The position numbers were made by a program, and so were the translations under genes. From Lophium mytilinum (lineage: Eukaryota), in assembly GCA_010093605.1 (NCBI GenBank), contig MU004181.1, positions 496,001-560,000 on the forward strand: a DNA stretch of 64,000 nucleotides. Direction: 5' to 3'. Numbering within the stretch: position 1 is the stretch's first letter; each line of letters starts with the position of its first letter. Shown here one piece after another: positions 24,800 through 38,609 of the stretch. The notes under the pieces are model-generated. The model was not told where the DNA came from. It saw nothing but the letters and a program-made list of their open reading frames with translations, and made no database searches.

Positions 24800-25279
24800 G
24801 TCATCCTCCCCCGACAAGCTGCATCATGTGCGTCTTTCCACCGCGCAGCATCATCCAGTCCATCTCGGAGCCGCAGTCTGCGTGCGCACTACAGGTCTGG
24901 TTGACGGAATGGCAGACGCGGAAGCAAGCAATGCTGCTGCCAGGATAGTACGTACCCGGGATAGACGATGACGTCCCCTGGCAAATAAGCAAGAGCATCA
25001 CGAGCATCGACCAGCCGATTTGATGGCTCTCGATGCAGCAGCGGACGAATTTGCTCCCCTCGAAAACTAATTCTCAAGCGGCTTGAACGTCTCGACGTTG
25101 AAGAACGTGGGTGCCAGCTCTTGATCGCAGCACTCGGGGTGGTACTTTGATTCGTCGGCAAGTGCGTGACGGAACACTTGCTCGAGACACGCGTCGCACA
25201 TCGAGTGCTCGCCGCAACCAGTCTCCCGGAGAGGCGTCCCCTCTTTCTCCTCTTCTTCGTACACTACGCGAGCGGCCAT
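24800..25279 (-). pseudogene. Degenerate RBR (RING-IBR) E3 ubiquitin ligase remnant
   Basis: CGEHSMCDACLEQVFRHALADESKYHPECC resembles the fungal RING1 signature C.H..C..CL..F..A..DES.YPP.CC; TAG at 25067 is followed by Cys/His remnants in a shifted frame. Confidence 0.65.
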
Positions 25280-26383
25280 CTTCAGCTCTTCACCTCCACA
25301 GCGTCGATGTGATTGCTAGCTTCCCGTCTGTTGGCTCTTCCTGCCAATGGATGTGGATGATCGTCATTAAAGAATGAGAGAGTGGTGTAGGAAGAACGAA
25401 GGTCAGGGCCCGTCAAGGCTGAGGCAACGCCCATCTCTCAAGCTCCTCATTGATAGTGGCAATCTGCGGGGTGTGGTGGTACGAATAGGCAGAGCCATGG
25501 CAGGGCGTGTTGTCCTCGGCGGTAGGGTGGTCCGCAGACAACTAACTCGCTGTGGAGATTCCTGGACGGTGTTGAGGGTTGAGTCCACCGCTGTAGAGCG
25601 CTATCGTCCTTGGAACAACACCGCTGTCGTCTAAGTGAGGCAGATCAATGAGGGCATCTGTCGCAGGCGAGGTACCAAGGTGCGACGGGGGGTTGGCGAG
25701 GGGTTGTCCAGCTTGCAACGCTCCTGCCGGGCGGGTTGTTGCTTGTCGTGCTTCACTTTGGACGAACGCCTTCACTTGGGTGAAGAGATGGCGCTTGAAT
25801 ATATTCCGCGTATTGGGACCTAGTGAGGCAGCCGGAGTAGACATGGTAACGGAGCAGCGCTACTGTAATGTTAGTTGAAGAATTCTTGCTGGTGAAGCTG
25901 GCTAGCACGTTAGTGTAGAGACTTACCTAGCTGAGCCGGCGTTGGTTCCCTAGCGGTAGTCGTCAGCATGATGTTGGTTGCGGAGACGGTCTAGTGGAGG
26001 GAGAGACGGATGAGGATGTAAGTGGGCGCAGAGCCGAAAATGTGAGGCGCGGAGAGCAGCTACTGTAAAACGGGTAAGGCCTACTGGCAGCTCACTCGCA
26101 GTGTTGACTAGTTTGCAGCCCAGTTGAAGCCTTGCTTTCGTCCAAGAGATGGGGTGCCTGTTGTCTTGATCGTGCCGGCGAGTTGGAAATCTACGGTCTT
26201 TATATCACGCCAGCTGCGGTGTTTGCAATTCGCATGCGTCCTTGCCATAAGTCACCTCTAGCTCGGTAGCTCTCTGCCAGGATCGTTCACATCAAAGACT
26301 ATGAGCCTCGTTCTTAGTCTATAGCATGCCCCTTCGCCGTCGTCCTCAAGGGTGTAGCATACTTCTCGTCGTTCCCAGCTGCT

Positions 26384-26815
26384 TCAGTCCAGCCCATCAC
26401 CTCCATCCACCAGCGCCGGCGTTACAGGCCTACTCTTCTCGTCTTCGTAGAATGCAATGTTGCCCCTCAGTGCAACATACGAGCTGTCCGCGTATCCCAG
26501 CGCCTCGTTGATATCCGTGCTCTTTAGCCCCTTGATCTTCCGAATTTCTGCAGCCGAGTAGTTGACGAGCGCGCGACCGACCTCCTTAGGCGCCGGATTG
26601 TGTTGCTCCCACGTTACTGTTGCCGTCGCGTGGTCGAGACTGGTATCGCGCGCGGTTGTCCTGGAACAGAGGTCCAAAGAATCCGCATCTCATTCACCGC
26701 GCCTAGTACTCGCAACTTGTCAGGAATTATCATGAAAGTAGGGCTGTTTGAACCTACGATAGCATCCACTGACGCTTTCATCATCTTCCACACTCCCAGT
26801 CTCACAGCGGACATA
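26384..26815 (-). pseudogene. PRO1: Isolated C-terminal (PUA-region) fragment of glutamate 5-kinase
   Basis: EVGRALVNYSAAEIRKIKGLKSTDINEALGYADSSYVALRGNIAF matches the fungal Pro1 C-terminus; no kinase-domain motifs seen upstream; 5' boundary approximate. Confidence 0.75.
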
Positions 26816-29800
26816 GTAACTAGGCCATGTGAGCAGTCGACATAAGGCTCAAGATAGGACCAACTTACACTAGCATTCCCGACGGTGCCGCTGGTCGGCA
26901 GGTTCCCAGTGCTGCAGCTTAGATAGTCGCTAGATCATGTGAGAATTCTAACACGAGGGCGCAGGAGTTCAACGACTTATGCCACCATGCGCCACGCAAG
27001 TCCGCAGGAGAAATATCCGGAAGCTCGGAATATCGTCTAAACTAACGCCGTTTCCCGAGTATGTCTGCTTTCCGCTTCGGAGGATAGTATCTGCGAGGTC
27101 GTGGACAAGTCTATGTCCCGTCTCGTCTGGAGCCGGATATCTCTTGGCTTTCTGCCCCTATGATATTGGCGTCTGATTGACGATGCGAGATCGAGGCCAG
27201 TCGTTTAAACCCGTGGACAACAAATCGAGCTCAACGGCCGGGAGGCGGACTTGCGGTCGGTGGGAGCGGAAAGGTCGAAGAGGAGGCCGATGGGCCTTTT
27301 TAGACCGTCTCAGCACCATAGCCAAAGCTTGAGGCGGACCTGGCTCGCAGTTGCTGAGTTTCGCGGTTGGAGAACTGGCCTAGTCTTCGGTGCCAGGCGC
27401 GGACCACCAAGCTGCTCGCTACTTCTTCCAGCTCGGGTTTCGTGAAGACATCCTCCTTAGCTGCCCAAGCTGGAAAGAGATGCTGCTCATGCGCTAGAAA
27501 AATCATCTTCGGCTGTTTTTGTTCCCAGATACCAAGTTTCGGGTTGGCATGCAATTTGCGGAGCTTGTCTTTGTATCAGCCAGCGTACGATTCAACCCGT
27601 GATGAACTGACTTGGAAAACGGGCCTGGAAGAAGTGTCTGTTCCTATATTCGTGCTCCGCGTGAAGCCTCAAGAGGCCGATGATCCAAGGTAGGGGCGGC
27701 GGGCGTGGTCGTTGGTGCGGCGGACGGCTTCGGAAGATGGGAAACATGATCAGGGTCAATTGCCGAAGGAGACCTGGCCTGTTCTGTAGATGGCACAGTG
27801 TTGTGGCGAGTGGTAAAAAAGAAGGAATATTGATATTTCAAAGACATGGTGGATTGAGAGAAGGTGCCGCCCGGCAGACTGGCGGGGTCCAGCATCCCCG
27901 AGGCTGGCTGCGTTGCCTACAACTGAGCCAACATGCGATACTACGTCTTTAAAGATTTTATGCCACTCAAGCTTACATTCCCTGACAATTCTCGGGATCT
28001 CTGCATTTTACTTTAGTAGCATCAAGCCATCTAAGGCTCGAGCACAGCGAATCAGCATGGAGCCTCACAGTCATTGCATACCAGCCACGGCTCCCGTGAC
28101 AGTACCTTCCAGAAGCCGGCTGCCTGTCCGCCTGTCTTCCTGCCCGCCTGCCTACCCCGCGTATTGTAAGACTACCACGACTACGTATTGACGTTCTATA
28201 TCTCCACTTCCGATTGGAGCTTGGCTTGATCACATGACACAAGTGGGGCAGCTCGCTTAGGAATTTTCCCGTACTTAAGCTCGCCATCCTCCTGAACTTT
28301 TCACTCTTCAGTCCTGACCAAACTCAAACCCAGAGCACCAAGTCCCACAAGCACCGGTCGTCGACAACGCCCAAAGCACCAACGCTCGGCCTAGCCAGTC
28401 GAGTGCCAGCCACCGGATCCCGGATCAGCCCAGCCTTGTTTCTTCCCTTTTGTTCACGCGTCTTTCTCTGAATCGAATGGCTAACTGCGCTTCTCCCAGC
28501 AACAACATCGCTCGACGGCAGCACGTAACCAGCATAGAAAAAGTAAGTTCCCGACTCCTCCCCCTTCAAACTCACATCAACACATGTACTGAAACCCCCA
28601 CAGGTTGACGCTCAAAGGACAGGGATAGCTCCTCGTACAATGGACTTCGGTTCGTGCGAGAGACGCGAGGACCCAAGGGGCTTCGGCCTGTTAGCTTGGG
28701 GTTTGAACGGGAGGGGGGCCCGTTCCCACCGCAGCTTTTTTTCATTGAGTGGCTCGCCTTGTGCGGGTGCTTGAAGAAGAAGAATCAATCTCTGCCTTCA
28801 TCAATCTTTTGTGTGTCATGGTTGTGACGTGACTGTGACGTGCGTTGCTCGCTGTGCGTGGTGTTGAGGCTTTTGGCTTTCGCACAAGGCTATCGGACGC
28901 GTCGAAGGCGGGAACTACGTGACGTGAAGACCTGCAGCGTTCTTGGTAAACCCTCTTGGTAGCTAGATGTAGAGTTTGGGTCTCTTTGCCTGCTTTCCGT
29001 CCAGCGCCGTGGTGTTGAGCGTGGCTTCCCGATGGATGTTCTCACGCCACCCCAAGCTGAGCGCGCCTTGGTCAACCCCCGGGCACGACGCCACCCTTTC
29101 CAAGGCCGTGATCAATATAGCTCATATATCACATCTTCACGCATCGTTGCGCATCACTGCCGCAAAATGCGCAGACGCGGTGGTGAAGTTATCGTCTCTT
29201 TTGTGATGCCGACCGACCTCCACGGCAAGCCCTCTCCGGACCAGTCTGCCACTTCATAAACATGATGCCAAATTTCATGATTCCTGCCTCAATTAATGCG
29301 CTGCCTTCTCCGCTGCAATCGCGCATCCTCCAAATGAGCATCCTGGTTGTGGTTGTGGTGTTCTGCTCGGCGCAGATGCCGAACGGTGCGGCTAGAGGGT
29401 CGACGGGGAGCTGGCATAAGACGGGTTGGGAGAGGAGGGTGACAACGCTTTGAGCTGCATATACTATAATCACAATGCGGACTCTCTGTTGCTCAAATGC
29501 AACCACGCAGCTTCACAAATCTGATTTGATATTATTATGGCGAAGTTGTGGCTGCAGACAGGATGTGGCTATCTGTGACATCGTGCAGCGACAGAACTTC
29601 GTGAAGTCGCAACATCGCGACGATTCCGCATGTCGCGGGAGGTATCGCGGAGCTATAGAGCTTGAAAACGGTATGATTCCCGCAAGGGGCCCGCTGTGAA
29701 ATGTGCATCTACTCAGTGGCGGACGATACTGCTTGCCGTAGATGCCTGGCCGAGCGCTCGGCCAGACCACGAAGTAGCACACCACCTCCCTCGAAACTCA

Positions 29801-32800
29801 AGCCGGTGGTCCTACGCTACCACAGAGCAATGGTAGATGGTCTAAGAGCCGATAGTGATGCATGATATACGATTCCTACTCAGTCTGAGACCGACCAGCC
29901 CGACGGGCTCAAGGACGGCAGACATCGTTCAGGGCCGCAATGAAAGCCCACACTGCGGGTGCAAAGGAGATCCCCGACTCTAATTCCATGTCGCAGAAAC
30001 TTTGCGATCGTTTTACCCCTCTTTTCGGGGAGTATGAGCGCTACTGCTTCTTCGTGTAGAACAACGGCTACTCGTCGCAGGGCCTCCAAGGCCTAGGAAG
30101 TATTCGCACCATGGGCGAAGATATGCTTTCTTCGCAATCAATGGAGCCATACAGTATGTATCTAGCCGCTGAAATGCTATGGGAAGACATTTGGTGCACT
30201 CACCTCTCAGTAAGAGGTGCGACTCTGCCTGTTGGGGCCGCCGCGTGGGAATCGCAGAACCAGCCCGAACTCCCATCACCACGACCACAAAACACCACGC
30301 TGGGGATGCGCTGCCACCTACCTACAACCCAAGAGACTTGGTTCCGATTTCCACCATTCCATCTTGACTGTCAGCTCACTCCGGAAGACGAGCTCCCCGG
30401 CCCCGCCAGCACCGCCCGTACCGCCTCAAACAGCGGCGAACCTACGAACCCAGCGGCACTCCCACCATCGCTCCCATCCACGATGAAGCTTCTCGCCTCC
30501 GCCGATACGCTTCAAAGAGTCGCATACCTCATCGACATCTCCTGCCTCGCCGTATTCCTCCTTCGCGCAAACCGCAACTACGAGCGCCGAGCTTCCACGA
30601 CCTAGCGACGCCGCGGATACCCAACACCAGAGTAGGGAAGCGGAATGAAGAGAAAGGGTGGCAATTCGCGGGCGTCATGGTCGCTATCATACATGTATAC
30701 TGTGCAGAAAGACGCTTGGGGGCGGATCGTTGGCCGTCGTCCCGGAGGCTGTGCGGCGAGCTACGACGGCCATGGACTCTCGCAGGGCATAGAGAAACGC
30801 GGCGGGGGGCTGACGAGAAACCATATATGAGGAAATTCCCAGAGACTGCGTCGATCCGGACGGCTGAAGGCACTGGCGTGGTCAAGGGTTGGACGAGGAG
30901 GGGGCCCATACCAAGCCACGGAAAAGAATGCTAGGGAAGCATCGGGGATAGTCTTTGTAGATCATATTGCGAGTTCGAAGGGGCCATTTGAGAGTATACC
31001 ATACTTCTGGCTTCTTGTAGCGTGTGCGAGGCTTCCGGATTGTATAACGTTCCCCTGGAACAAGACCTACATTGTCCCTCCCTAAGTATGCCTCGACGAT
31101 GGCCTTCCAGCCTTCTTGCCAAATGTGCCCATGATGCGAACTGGATTTACTTACGAATGGGCCTTGTAATGTCAGATTCTGGAGCCGCAAAGCGTGTAGT
31201 GCATTTAGAGCTTTTCAGCAACCATGGTACATGATCTTTCTTCATCGATGTCAACTCTGGTACAGCCTGTCATTGTCTCCTATCCAGGATCTCGTCCATT
31301 CAATGTGGGTCCCGCAGCCCCCTGATGCACATAGCTAAGAGGCGATACTGCACTCTTAGTCTGCGTAACGGAGGTGCAGGCCGTCCTCCTGCAGCCGCCG
31401 TCGTCTAGCAGTAAGGGCGCGGCCCCTGATAACCGACCCGCGAGCCCCCACATTGTAGGCGTGGGGTGCCCAGGCCCGGTGGCGACTCACTTCGTTATCC
31501 GACTCAGCCCCGCTCTCCTCCTTCTCTCCTCCACCTCTCTTCCACCACACTTCTTCCATCCATCCTCATCAAACCCCGTCAAGACCAAGCGTCATTTTCA
31601 TCTTCAAGCTACCCCCTGAGCTGTCTCTCTGTCTCTACGTCAACACACCGTCTTTGACATGCCGCAGCAGCATGTCATTGCTTCCAGCTCAAGGTACCCG
31701 TCTGCTTCAGCACCTTCTCTTCGAGGAATCCGGGCAGTTCAGTAAGAACCACGCGATCCGATCCCCGTCTACGCTCCATATCACGCGCAGCACCTATACA
31801 ACGACTCCGTTGTCGCCCGCGTCATCGACCCGAAGGCACGAGAACTCCTCAGGGAGTACCGCCCATACAGAGTTATAAGTGCGCGGCTTCTCCCATCAAC
31901 ACCTCCGCCTTCACTAACAGCTCATAGTCTTCCATGATCATCAAAATGTCGAACATGGGCACGCTCTTCCCCTGGACATCTCCGTGGACAGCAAACAGTC
32001 TGACTTCAATGGCGGCGAGCCCCGCCTGGTAAGACCATCCTACATTTTGTGGCTTCTTCGTTCGAGATCTGACTTCTTCCAGGCCTAGCTATCCTTGACA
32101 AACGGCTCCGTCCAGCAGTCTGCAAGAAAGCAATGTGTGTCAAATTTCGCCGCCAGACAAAGACTTCGATCGACCTGGCAGGTCTGGCACACCTAGGCAC
32201 CGTCTACCGCCCTTGCTCCGCCTGGCGAGGCCTGAGGCCTACGACGATATCCACACCTCGACGAACAGTCCTCTTCCAGCTGTCAGCCCACCGAGCCTAT
32301 TCTCCAGATCCCCAAAGATCTGGCGAAACTCAGTGCCATGGTACGTCAACTGTCGAGTAAACGTCCCATCGTCCTCAAACCCTTTGCTGACGTCTCCGCC
32401 TGCAGTAACGAGCTCTTTGCAATTCGCTTTCCGGCGAGTCTCTTCGACGCAGGGTCGATATTCCCGTGGCACACGCCTACAGCTAGAACTTCATGCTTGC
32501 CTTCGCCGATGGTGCAAACGCAATCGCCCAATGCCTCCATCGCCCAGCGGTGGGGCCAGCCCAGTCTCTTTATCATCCGGATCTCCTCTGTACCGCTTGA
32601 CCAGCCTTCAGTCTTCAAATAGCCTCAGCTCTCATCGCAACGCGATCGTCAACTTTGAAGTGCGGTTTGCTTGTGTCTCAGGATCGACTAAATGGTGTCT
32701 TCCTGCTCTTCACAGAGGGTATGTCTCCACTGTTCGCCAGCGACACTCCGATGCCACGGTTACTAATTCCGCCAAGCGTCGCATGAAAGATTACTCGACC

Positions 32801-33707
32801 CGGCCAATCTCCATTTTCATTCGGAACAGTCTGCTTCCGGTCCGCGTTCATCCTCCTTCCAGCACAGCACAACACCGACCACATCTGCTGATGCCCGCAG
32901 TCCATCACCACCTACGCCCTTCTTATACCAGTACCGCATTTGGTAGGAAGACCTCTGGTACGCATCACTATGCTCCGATGGAACAGCACTTTGCTGATGC
33001 ACTGATCCAGACATCCGCTCATTGCATGTCCAGACTTGGCGAGGGCCCAACTGGTAAGGCCGCAAAAAGAGGAGACTGAGAAAGCATGGAGAACGCAGGG
33101 AGTGAAAGGAAGGGGAGAGGAGGGACAGAGGGGGAACGACGAGGGGGCGTTGTTGGTAATGACCGCCGAAGACCTTGAACGTACGTTCACTCTCCCCCTA
33201 TCCCACGTTTGACGTACTGACCTTCCCTTGCAGCACCGTGGCACCATACGCACCGACATCACATCACATCGCTTCGCAATTTCCACGCATCACTCTCATC
33301 GCAGCGGTTGTCGGCAAGTGCACACGATCACCGGCTCGTCTTCCTCCGAGATCTCCTCAAACCAACAACAACCATGACTCTGCCGGACTTGGACTGAAAG
33401 GAGGGGTGCGCATGTCACTCTACCATCCACAACCCATGCAGCAAGTAGCTCGGGCGGCCCCAAACCCTCACGCCACTGATCACGCACACTCCTCCATCTC
33501 CAAGAACTCCATACTGTGGTCTCTCCAGTCCAAGTCTGGCACAACTCCGAGGAAGACGAGTCGACGCTGGAGTCCTGCCCAACTCTCCACACTCAGCACG
33601 TACCTGGGTGGGGCTCCAACTGGAGGTACAAGGTCTGTGAAGGACAGAAGGTGGTGATGGTGGCGAAGGAAGGGCTACAGGACGGCTTCGGTGGGGGGTG
33701 GTTAGGG

Positions 33708-33981
33708 TGCGTTGCGCCGCTGGTCTGTCAAGGTGTAGGCAAGTACAACGATCATTCACGAGGGAAGGGACAGCAAACCTTCTTCGAACTGGGGAACAGG
33801 AGACCGAAAGGTCGAACGGGGCCAATCTTGTACGCCCTCAGGTGATGGTGTACATAACTGACACCGTTCAACCTTGCGTTCTCCTGTTCCCCAGTTCGAA
33901 GAAGGTTTGCTGTCCCTTCCCTCGTGAATGATCGTTGTACTTGTCTACGCTCGCCTTGGTGGACCAGCGGTTAGCAACGCA
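33708..33981 (+). repeat. Long inverted repeat / candidate hairpin RNA
   Basis: 33740-33803 is the exact reverse complement of 33880-33943 (64 bp); pairing extends imperfectly inward to a very small loop at ~33841 and outward to 33708/33981. Confidence 0.95.
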
Positions 33982-34775
33982 GGGTGGTCGGAGGGTGGGG
34001 ACCACCCAGGGTTGGAACGGTTCAGGGGCCTGGTACTCAATGCAAACTGTCTTTCCCAGTCGAGATTCTCTATTTGCATCGTGACTTCATCTGCTACTGG
34101 CTTTAAATTCTTGATTCTGTCCCATTTTCTCTGTCCCTTCTCAAAGTATGTCTATGCGACGTCGTCTTCGCAATGACCTTTATAGTACGCCTGCTCATAC
34201 CTTACCTTTCAATAGTAATTAGCCTTGATCAGGTTTTTATTACCCGACTGTGTCTTTGTAGTACATTACTGGTGGGCACAGTAAAGAATACGTAGAACTT
34301 CTCCTCGAGGACGTAGGCAGCGACATGGAGAGGGTCCGGGAGGGGGATGTTCAGGTGGCGGGAAGTACAAACATACTGACGTTGAAGCAAAAGCTGAGCC
34401 ATCACTAAAGAACGAAACATGTCTCATTTGCTCTCGGTAGTAGCAGAAGTCTCCCGAAGGTTTTACGGCCAGATTTCAGCAACTTTCTATATCGATTCTC
34501 AGTATCAACTAGTCCGACCTCCAAACATTTCCCATTATCATTCATCACTGGGCTATGGCAATGCCCCATCTTCTCTCTTTGATCTTGAATCTCGTCGGTG
34601 GTCTTGCTTATGATCAATCTTTCGGCTTAGCCAACCAACCCAGCGGTAGTCTTGAATGCTGAATAAAGGCAAGTAGTGGTCTCGTTTGTGTCTTGTTCTC
34701 TATCAGAGCCTCACGGAGGTCTCAGCTGTCCAGCTTCTAGAGCTGGTCTGCTTTGGCCTCCCTCCGATCAACGTC

Positions 34776-34985
34776 ATGCCCTCCCGCAAGACCTACATAC
34801 CCACCGAACCTTTCTACAGCTTCTCCCAATCCAGCCGTTTCTTCTTCCAGCTCCTCATCGCTTACACTTTTGTCCGCTGGCTGTGGCCTGTCGACAGTCA
34901 CTACCAGGTGCTTCTCGTTGTTGTGATCTTCCATGTCGCCGGCGAGCTTGGACGGTATGTGCGGGGAGTGACGATGGAGAAATAG
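34776..34985 (+). CDS. Possible small two-TM protein (69 aa)
   Basis: MPSRKTYIPTEPF...FFFQLLIAYTFVRWLW...YQVLLVVVIFHVAG; C-rich third codon positions. Confidence 0.4.
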   Translation: MPSRKTYIPTEPFYSFSQSSRFFFQLLIAYTFVRWLWPVDSHYQVLLVVVIFHVAGELGRYVRGVTMEK

Positions 34986-37068
34986 GATGGGATTGCGCGG
35001 GCGATCGAGGGACGCTGGCTCCTCCAACCGCCAGCTCCTGCAACCGCTCCATTAGGAAGCTGACTGACTGGAGTGTAGATTGAGCTTCCTCTAAGCTGGG
35101 CGGAGGGTTGAAGGGCGGATGTAACGGCGGTGGAGGTGGGAATCGATGCGGAGGTGGACAGGATGAGAGAAAGGCGAGGATCGCGCGTAGGTTCGGAGGG
35201 AGACTGGACATACGAAGCTGTTGACGACTGAGATGACTGATATAATTGTGATTCGAGATTCCTCTTCGTGTTGTGAGAATTGATGGTGTCGATGTCGCGA
35301 GTCGGTAGCTACGGAGCAGCCCATGGGACGGGGACTGAGGAGAAGATACCTGATCGAGACTCCGAGGGGAGCCTAGTATGACCGGAAATATGTTTCAGAA
35401 GAGATATCTATGGATGAGCTGCATGATGAGAAGGGCTTGCGTTGGCGTCGTGTGTTTTCACACCATCACAAGACGCGTCGCGTCAACATGCAATTTTGGA
35501 TGCTGCAGCAACACATAGGGCTTGTTGTTCAGTACCAGTGAGCCTCATAGTTCGCATCTCTTACTGCCTGGTACAGGGCTTCAGAGACAGACTGCATCAA
35601 CATAGAGTAGCGCATGCTTTCATCTTCGAAACAACACCACGCTAGCTCACCACGAGCATAGCAAGCAAATTCGCAACAATCAAACTAAACAATCAACCAA
35701 AGAAGGATGAAGCTCTTCTTCAACTACCCGCATATAGCGCGTGAGTCAATGAAAAGACAGTTGCTCAAAGAGCGTGCTCGGAGAGCGGTGCAACAAAAAA
35801 TTGTGCCAGGCGGATCCTACTCCCCCCCCCGGGCAGGGGATCTCTGCAGTCCATAGCAGACCGTAACGCATGGTGCAATGCAAGACAGCCTACCAGGAGA
35901 TCGACTTCGTGAGCTCGATCTCCCCAGCTAACCCCAACCAGGGTGGGTGAGTATGAGGAGTTAAGGATTGGGGGGCGACGGAGCCTATATAGTAGAAAAT
36001 ATTCAGGCACGGGCCACGGCGCTAGCTGACTAATCCGCCTGTTGGCCAATAAGAGGCTCTGGAGGTGACTGGGCGGCAGTGGTGATGTGCGGCGTGGAAT
36101 GTGGTGGAATGTGGTGGAATCTGTGGAGCGGAGGGAAGTTGGTCTGGACACTTCACCGTAAATTCTGTCACAGGTAGGCGACTGGTCATTGTGACCCAAA
36201 TACCTGAGTTGAGTTACACTATCTCAGGCTCCTGTTATGACTTGAAGCTTTAGGACAAGTATACCAGAAGGGGCGTTCATTATCATCCAGCTGGCTAGAG
36301 GGTCTTGGGATCGCTGGAATCAATTTGGCGGCAACGACAGGACTCCCAAATCGAACATCAGGACTCGTCTGACGTAATTCACTTTGACCATCCCTTCAAT
36401 ATTATTTACAGCTGCTACTCCTCTGTGTTCAATGGTACTTACAATAGGGCACTATCAAGAGAGACTCGAGGTCTGACGAAGCCGCGCAATAGCAATGGCG
36501 CTATTACCAACATCAGGCACTATAATTTACCCAATGCACACGGTCTACGTCTGTAGTCACATCCCGAGTAAATTCGTCTGGCATTACCATCTATACGTGC
36601 CGTCACTTGAGTCCATCCGGGGGCGCCTTGAACTCCTGCGTTCCTCTCCGCCACCCGGCCGCGAAGCAACGCACTTCCAATGTGCAATGCATAGCCCATT
36701 CTTCATTGTAGAAGGCCAAGAAATGAAGGCTTTGGCAGGGGCGATGTTGTTGCAAATCGGACAGTCAATCTGATAGATATGAGAAGGATGCTTAGAAGCC
36801 GAAGAACTCTACTTTACTTAGCATAATAAGGGGACTACTAGCTAAAAACCCTTGGCTCCTCCACCCACACTCTTCCTATCGTCTAATGTTCTAATTGGCT
36901 GGTGCGGCCAGGCCGAGTCCTGGGAGTCCCCTCTTAGGTGAATAAAGGAGCGAGCAGAGGCCGCGCGGCAGATGGGCCAAAATTAAATGAAAGAAGCCTC
37001 TATAAATTAGGGCTTCAAGAGATCTAGCCTCCCCGTAGGCAAAACAGGCCGCCACACAACGGAACGAG

Positions 37069-37250
37069 GAGGCTTCGCGTGAGGCTTCGCGTTCGGCTTC
37101 GCGTGAGGCTTCGCGTACGGGTATATGTGTAGCCTCATATACGGCCACTCGTATGTCCTTTTGTGCAGCATCATGTACAGCTTACGTACGGCCTCATGCA
37201 TGACCTCATGTACGCCTACACCTACCGTCTTACGCACGGCTACGTGCGCT
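37069..37250. repeat. 12-bp minisatellite, near-perfect at left and degenerate at right
   Basis: (GAGGCTTCGCGT)x4 with one variant, then degenerate units such as GTACGGCCTCAT and GCATGACCTCAT. Confidence 0.75.
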
Positions 37251-37438
37251 GGAATAGATATAGGCGTCGATGCACGTGCGCATGCATACTACAATGGAAG
37301 GCTTGAGGAGGTTCGGGTCCCTCCGAGCCACTCAGAAAGTAATGAAGCGACTAGGGGGAAGGGTGTGCACGGAATGAAAAGGGGTGCGCGTGGATGAAGT
37401 ATGTAGGGACCAGCGCCCGCGTATAATGCTGAGGATCC

Positions 37439-37819
37439 TTAATCATTGTCACCAAAACCAATTTCTCCAGCGAATCGTAGCGTTTCGCCCGTGATATCAA
37501 TTACGATCAACGAAGTTCCGAAGGTCTTGCTGCTCAGGAGTTTCCAGTGACGGTGTTCGACAACGTGGGCGAGCGAGCAGTATGTCAGCGCAGGGAGCCT
37601 TAGAGCTGCACCCAGTGAGGAAGCTCTCCACCATTCATGAATCAGAGCGTTGCCGAGGATGGGGCCGAAGTCGTAGGCACCTCTTGTCCCTTTGAGAGGA
37701 GTATTTGCAGCTGCTGGATTCGCTGAGATCACGCGACTTATAGGGAGAGGGCAGGCGAGAGAAATTCCAGTGTCCGGAAGGAAAAGTAAGTATATTAGAG
37801 GATCGGCAACAGGATCCAT
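37439..37819 (-). CDS. Hypothetical protein (126 aa)
   Basis: ATG-initiated ORF only; no family recognised. Confidence 0.25.
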   Translation of the reverse strand: MDPVADPLIYLLFLPDTGISLACPLPISRVISANPAAANTPLKGTRGAYDFGPILGNALIHEWWRASSLGAALRLPALTYCSLAHVVEHRHWKLLSSKTFGTSLIVIDITGETLRFAGEIGFGDND

Positions 37820-38609
37820 ATCTGAGTTGTCGAATGTGTTTTTGTAGGGGGGAGAACTACAAGAAATAGAAATGACGCAGGTTTCCGGTCAGGGAGTTCT
37901 TCCGCGTCCCTGACATGACAGGTAAGCAATGGCGGCTCGACGTTGTGGCGAAATAGTGCAGCAGACTGGCTAAAACTTGCGATAGCGAAGAAGGATTTTG
38001 CGTGTTGCTGTACCTAGACTGAGTCGGTTTACAGCTAGCTAAGTGAACGTATTAGCCAAGAAGCTTCCCGTGGAAATTTGGATGACAAAGGAGCCCTCTT
38101 GGTGCCAGTGGTCGCTTGGCCATGGACTTCAATACCCAGACAGCAGGTGTGTCTTGAAGTATTATACGCGCCTCCTGACCACAGCGCGCAAAGCCATGCC
38201 CTCGGCCTCCAGCGTATTCGGGCTGTGTGTGTGTCTCTTGGTGTCCTAGCATATGCTTCAGAACATGTTTCGCGCTTTCGTGTCGCCGCTCAGCTTTGCA
38301 CAGAGTGTAGATATTGAGGGGCAGAGAATGTACTTGCGCGATGATGGATAGCTAGCGGGCATTACAAGCCCAGTTGGCTGAGGGGAGCAGTAAAGGAGGA
38401 TTCGTATTTCTCTAAGAGAGAATACGCGCTAATCTTTTCCAGGGTTCCCCGTCCTCCGGCGTGGCCTGCCAAGGATTGAGGCGCATCTCCAACCTACGTC
38501 CGTGCCTGCAAACAGATCCATTTTCCAAAGCGCCCCACCATATCAGCCTTTCAAGTACGCTTGCCGGGGATCCCACTCATTCCATCACCTATCTCTATTG
38601 CGTTTCAAC

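Noticed and set aside
25916..25932. U1 snRNA 5' end (ACTTACCT)
   Set aside because: No U1 stem-loops or Sm site follow; better explained as a minus-strand AG|GTAAGT donor
32135..33079. 314-aa ORF
   Set aside because: Non-ATG start, Ser/Arg/Pro-rich composition typical of spurious ORFs, and no motif
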